Below are positions 35,335-39,275 of a stretch of DNA of 39,275 bases, one piece after another. The notes beneath the pieces were generated by a model. That model was given only the letters and a program-made list of their open reading frames with translations. It made no database searches and was not told the DNA's origin. The stretch is from contig LWCA01000217.1 of the NCBI GenBank assembly GCA_001642005.1, forward strand, positions 1 to 39,275, read 5' to 3'. The DNA is from Intoshia linei. Lineage: Eukaryota > Animalia > Orthonectida. Both the position numbers and the translations under genes were made by a program. The stretch's first letter is position 1. Each line of letters begins with the position of its first letter.

Positions 35335-37149
35335 AATTTAATGTACAGTATAATTTTTGTTTTTATTGATCGATTAGGACCTAATCATTTTTTTAATAAT
35401 TCATTACTATTATCTAAACTTTAGTAGTAATCTTTACATTTTCATTTTGTTTAAAATATTTTTTAATTTTCTTCTACCACCGTTTTTGATTTTTTCTCTA
35501 ATATTATTCCTTTCATGTTTAACTTTTCAATCCAAATCAACACTTTCTTCTATTTTATCACATTTTAATTAATATTATCTTTAAGCCATTTTATTGAGAT
35601 ATTTTAGGATAATATATCCTTGTTTTGTTTGTTTTTGTGCGCATCCCAGTTTGAAGACACTAATAAAGTTAATAAAACAGAAACTAAAAAATTTAGTATA
35701 CTTTTTTCGATTCAAAATTTATTAAATATTTATTAATGATTATAGTCATTTAAAATATTAATTACAGAAAAAATTAACTAAGAAATAAACTCGAAATGAT
35801 TCTTCTATTGTACAATAATGAAATTGATAATTATCAAGTAAAAAACCATCAAAAAATCAGAAAATAAACCTTGACGTTGTTTCATTGCAATTGGCAACCT
35901 ATCATCATTATTACGACATAAAATGTACGAAATTATTATTCATTTTATATAATTATTAATATGACTGAACGTGATGATTTATTTTTACACATTAATCAAT
36001 ATATTCAGGAAAAAGAAATAATTTTTTGTCCAATGTTTCAATAGTTTGTGTCAATTGAATATTATTATTGACCGTTTTTCTCAAAGAAACTTCTTTTCTA
36101 ACCTAAATAATAATAATAAATAATTATAATCGTTATTAAATTAAGGTAAAATTTGCGAAAAGCGTGTCTGTTAACCATTTATTCAGAAAATATCTATCAG
36201 ATAAAAATTGTAAACTCTTGTTCAATGCTTCCGTATTCAGCCCTCAAGCTCGCGATTATCTTAATTAAGAATTAAAAACAGTCAACTTAATGTTAACTTA
36301 CTTTTTCTCATAATAACAATATTTTTATGTGACTTCGCAGAAATGAAATAGAAAAGAATCAAAACTAGTATCTCAAAATTATGTCTAAAATATCAAAAGC
36401 AACACAATTTAATACATGTATTTTAAGTTACATTAAGTTAAGTTTGGCAATTAAAAGAATATTAATGGGTTTAAAATAGTAATTTGTGACAACATTATTG
36501 CAGACTATATCGTTACGCCTATGTCATACAATATTAATATATTAGTATTATATAAAATAAAAATTATTATTACTGAACGTTAATAAGAAAATTATAATAT
36601 CAATTTGAAAATAAGTTTATTCTGAAAATAAATTGACCTAAAATGGGCGATATCGCGCAGGTTAAGAATCTCTGATTTAACTAATTATTTAAATTTCAAT
36701 AGGACAAGATTTATATAAATAATAAAAATTTAGAGATGGATCAAAGTTGAATGTTAATAAAAAACGTTTTATTTATAATTTTATTCTCTTTGCTTATATT
36801 CTTAACATGTGTTCTTTATCACAATTTAACATTTAATGGTAAAATGGGAGAAACTTCACGCAACAAGTAAATCTACTTCACGTGATGGATTCTCGTTTAA
36901 CAAGTGTTACCAGACTCAGTCAGGTGATCCTTCGACAGCATTAGTAATTACCATATATAATATAGTTTCATGTATATATATTTACTACAACAACGACACA
37001 CTGGGCGTGACGTTCATGGGTGATAATAGCTTAATATTTTTGGAATAACCATTGAAAAACCCACTATACATAACGAAGAAGTTCTCTATACAATTCAATT
37101 TGACGGTTAAACTGTTGCAACCAAATTACGCATATTACTTAGTACAAGT

Positions 37150-37407
37150 AAATTAATGTTCTCAGTCCACAGTATCTAGAGTAATTAATTAGTAATTAGT
37201 AAAAAGAGCCAACGCAGTAACAGTGGCCGAATTATGATGTCTTCGATTTGAGAAATAAGAAAAATTAATGCAGTCGTGAAATTCTCTCGGTTTAAAAGTG
37301 GAAAAGAAATAATGTCATGTCTAAAAAACAACGGAATATCTCAATGTAGGTCGACTCTATATCGTCGATTACGAAAATTAGGATATAGAAGCGGGTGCCT
37401 GCAGTAA
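37150..37407 (+). pseudogene. Tc1-family transposase N-terminal (paired HTH) remnant
   Basis: CSQSTVSRVI then RSNSGRIMMSSI*EIRKINAVVKFSRFKSGKEI...GISQCRSTLYRRLRKLGYRS, with stops. No TIRs found. Confidence 0.7.
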
Positions 37408-37409
37408 AT

Positions 37410-37695
37410 TGGGGTTGTTAACTCTAAAATTAGTCTTGGTAATGTATTAATATCTAAAACACCTAAGGAAATAGATACTGATGTTAAGCAAAAAGTAAAA
37501 AATCATCAAAATTAAATGATACAAAAAGGTAGTTCTACTGTTACTGAATTAAAAATTGGGGAATGGGTACGTGTAGCTATAAAAAAGACTAAAGGTTGGT
37601 TATGAAATCTCCGTACCATATCAAGTTATTTCTATAGTAGCTGATAATACACATCGTTTAAGTGATAACCGTATTTGGAATGGGACAAATTAAAC
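37410..37695 (+). pseudogene. Ty3/Gypsy integrase C-terminal remnant
   Basis: VKQKVKNHQN*M...LKIGEWVRV...PYQVISIVADNTHRLSDNRIWNG resembles the Gypsy integrase tail (GDWVRV...TYxLSDGRxWN). Contains stops and a frameshift. Confidence 0.6.
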
Positions 37696-38356
37696 ACGTT
37701 CAAGAAATTGGCCAGACAGAATAAGACTTAGTAAGTTAGTTTACATGTTACTAAAATATTGTAAAAATTTTAAATTAATATCATTAGTAACGTAATCGGG
37801 TGTATAACTCATAAAAATAAAGTTATAAGTACATTCTTCAACGAGATGATAATTATAATTACTAGCAATAACTTCAATAGTTAACTACTAGAAACTTATA
37901 TATCAAAAATTATATTTTATGTAGAGAATGAATTAGCATAATATATTCATTCTAGACTGATTAATGATAACGACACTAATGTTGCTCTACCATTACTGAT
38001 TTATTTGATAATAATCTCTCAAACATGCGTACTACACAAAATACCATAAAACCTTCAAAAACAAGACAATTGACACATAATTTCAAAAACTTCGTTATGG
38101 GGAAAGATGATGTATCCTAGAGAAAATATAAAGGAGCAATAAAGTTAGATTATTAATTAACTACTAATTAACAGGTATTACTTTTGGATATTCATATAAA
38201 AATAAAAAAAATACCCTTGTATCAATAACAACTGTAATATTAATAAACTACAGTTCGATTTAGATCTAGCTTATAGCTACGAGAGAGTATATTCAAAATA
38301 TAATTTTGTAGTAAGATACGGCTTAATATAAAATATATATTTTAAAACCTTCAAAC

Positions 38357-39026
38357 ATGGATTATAGCGATTTAGTACCACCAACATGCACACTAAAGAA
38401 ATGTATTCTTGAATTAATCAAAGGTAATGATCATCTGTCAGATTATATAAATAAATATAACACAAATTCAGATGAGGCAATAAGTCTAGGAGAATTAGAA
38501 ATTACGATTCCACAAAATACCAACGAATCAATTAGTTCAATTCTTCAAATGTCACTTCCAACAGGTTTAAGCATCATGATCAAAGATTTGAAGAAAAAGT
38601 GGTTTAGGACTTTTATAGAAGATCTAACCATTCTTGAAGTAGAAACTGCTGTTGGACAGTGTATTTTTAACATAACATCCTGTTAAGAGTTTTCTTAACA
38701 ACGATTTTATTTTTGCAATTTTCTTTATACCAGACAATGAGCCTGACATTGTTCGATATCTTAAGGTAAACCATATTGGTTACTTAACTTCATCGAGCGA
38801 CCTCCTTGAGTTCCGATCCTTACAGATGTCAAGTTTAAAAGTTGAAGAGCAAGATGATTCAGATACAGTGATTAATATAGAAGTTAGATTGGTTGCTTGC
38901 TATCATACAAACAAAAATCTAAACAATAATATGGATATAATACTAAGCCGTTATCTTACAAAAGCACTGATAAATAAAACCATCAATGTAAACAACAAAA
39001 TTATTGCCGTAGGACAGTATATATAG
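38357..39026 (+). CDS. Unknown spliced protein-coding gene (3' end uncertain)
   Basis: AAACATGG start and a 109-codon ORF. A phase-1 intron (donor 38661 or 38682, acceptor CAG 38733) joins it in frame to the open frame 38734-39026 (YNEPDIVRYLKVNHIG...). No family recognised. Confidence 0.5.
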
Positions 39027-39275
39027 ATATATATAGCCACAAATAGAGCAATCATTCCTTCAAGATAAATTTTCAAAAAAGATTTTCTGGCAGACAGAAT
39101 TCATTAATTCTCAAAATGGATTGACCTAGAAGGCGACAAACGCCAATGGTCACATATAAAACGAACAAAACGGTAGGTTTGATAGATTGTGTAACCGTTA
39201 TCTTAATTTCAGAATTCTTAGTTATTAGGTCGTTTTTATTGTAACTTTATTATAAATCATTATATCTTTACGAAT

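Noticed and set aside
35400-36400. Exon-like minus-strand segments with splice-like signals
   Set aside because: Every frame combination tried hits stops. It may be a decayed gene or ncRNA but cannot be supported.

Overview
Very AT-rich eukaryotic (animal) genomic DNA with many tiny GT-AG introns (about 35-55 nt) and longer introns filled with DNA-transposon remnants. This style suggests a compact invertebrate genome such as an orthonectid; that is inference only. Manual splicing gives three complete recognisable genes: TOMM70 (13 exons, minus strand, ~709 aa), SRFBP1/BUD22 (8 exons, minus, ~382 aa) and a bark beetle/anakonda-like tricellular-junction protein (6 exons, plus, ~3231 aa). Also present: an ORP10/11-type PH + coiled-coil gene that ends in hydrophobic segments instead of an OSBP domain; a cluster of four paralogous spliced ~55-aa acidic/Thr-rich microgenes largely missed by the ORF track (two in an ~800-bp inverted duplication, one pseudogene, one divergent copy); an unknown gene at the right end; hAT, pogo/Tc1, piggyBac-like and Helitron-like non-autonomous elements, some nested; and Tc1 transposase and Gypsy integrase remnants. 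No rRNA, tRNA or CRISPR array was found. All homology calls come from recalled family motifs, not database searches.
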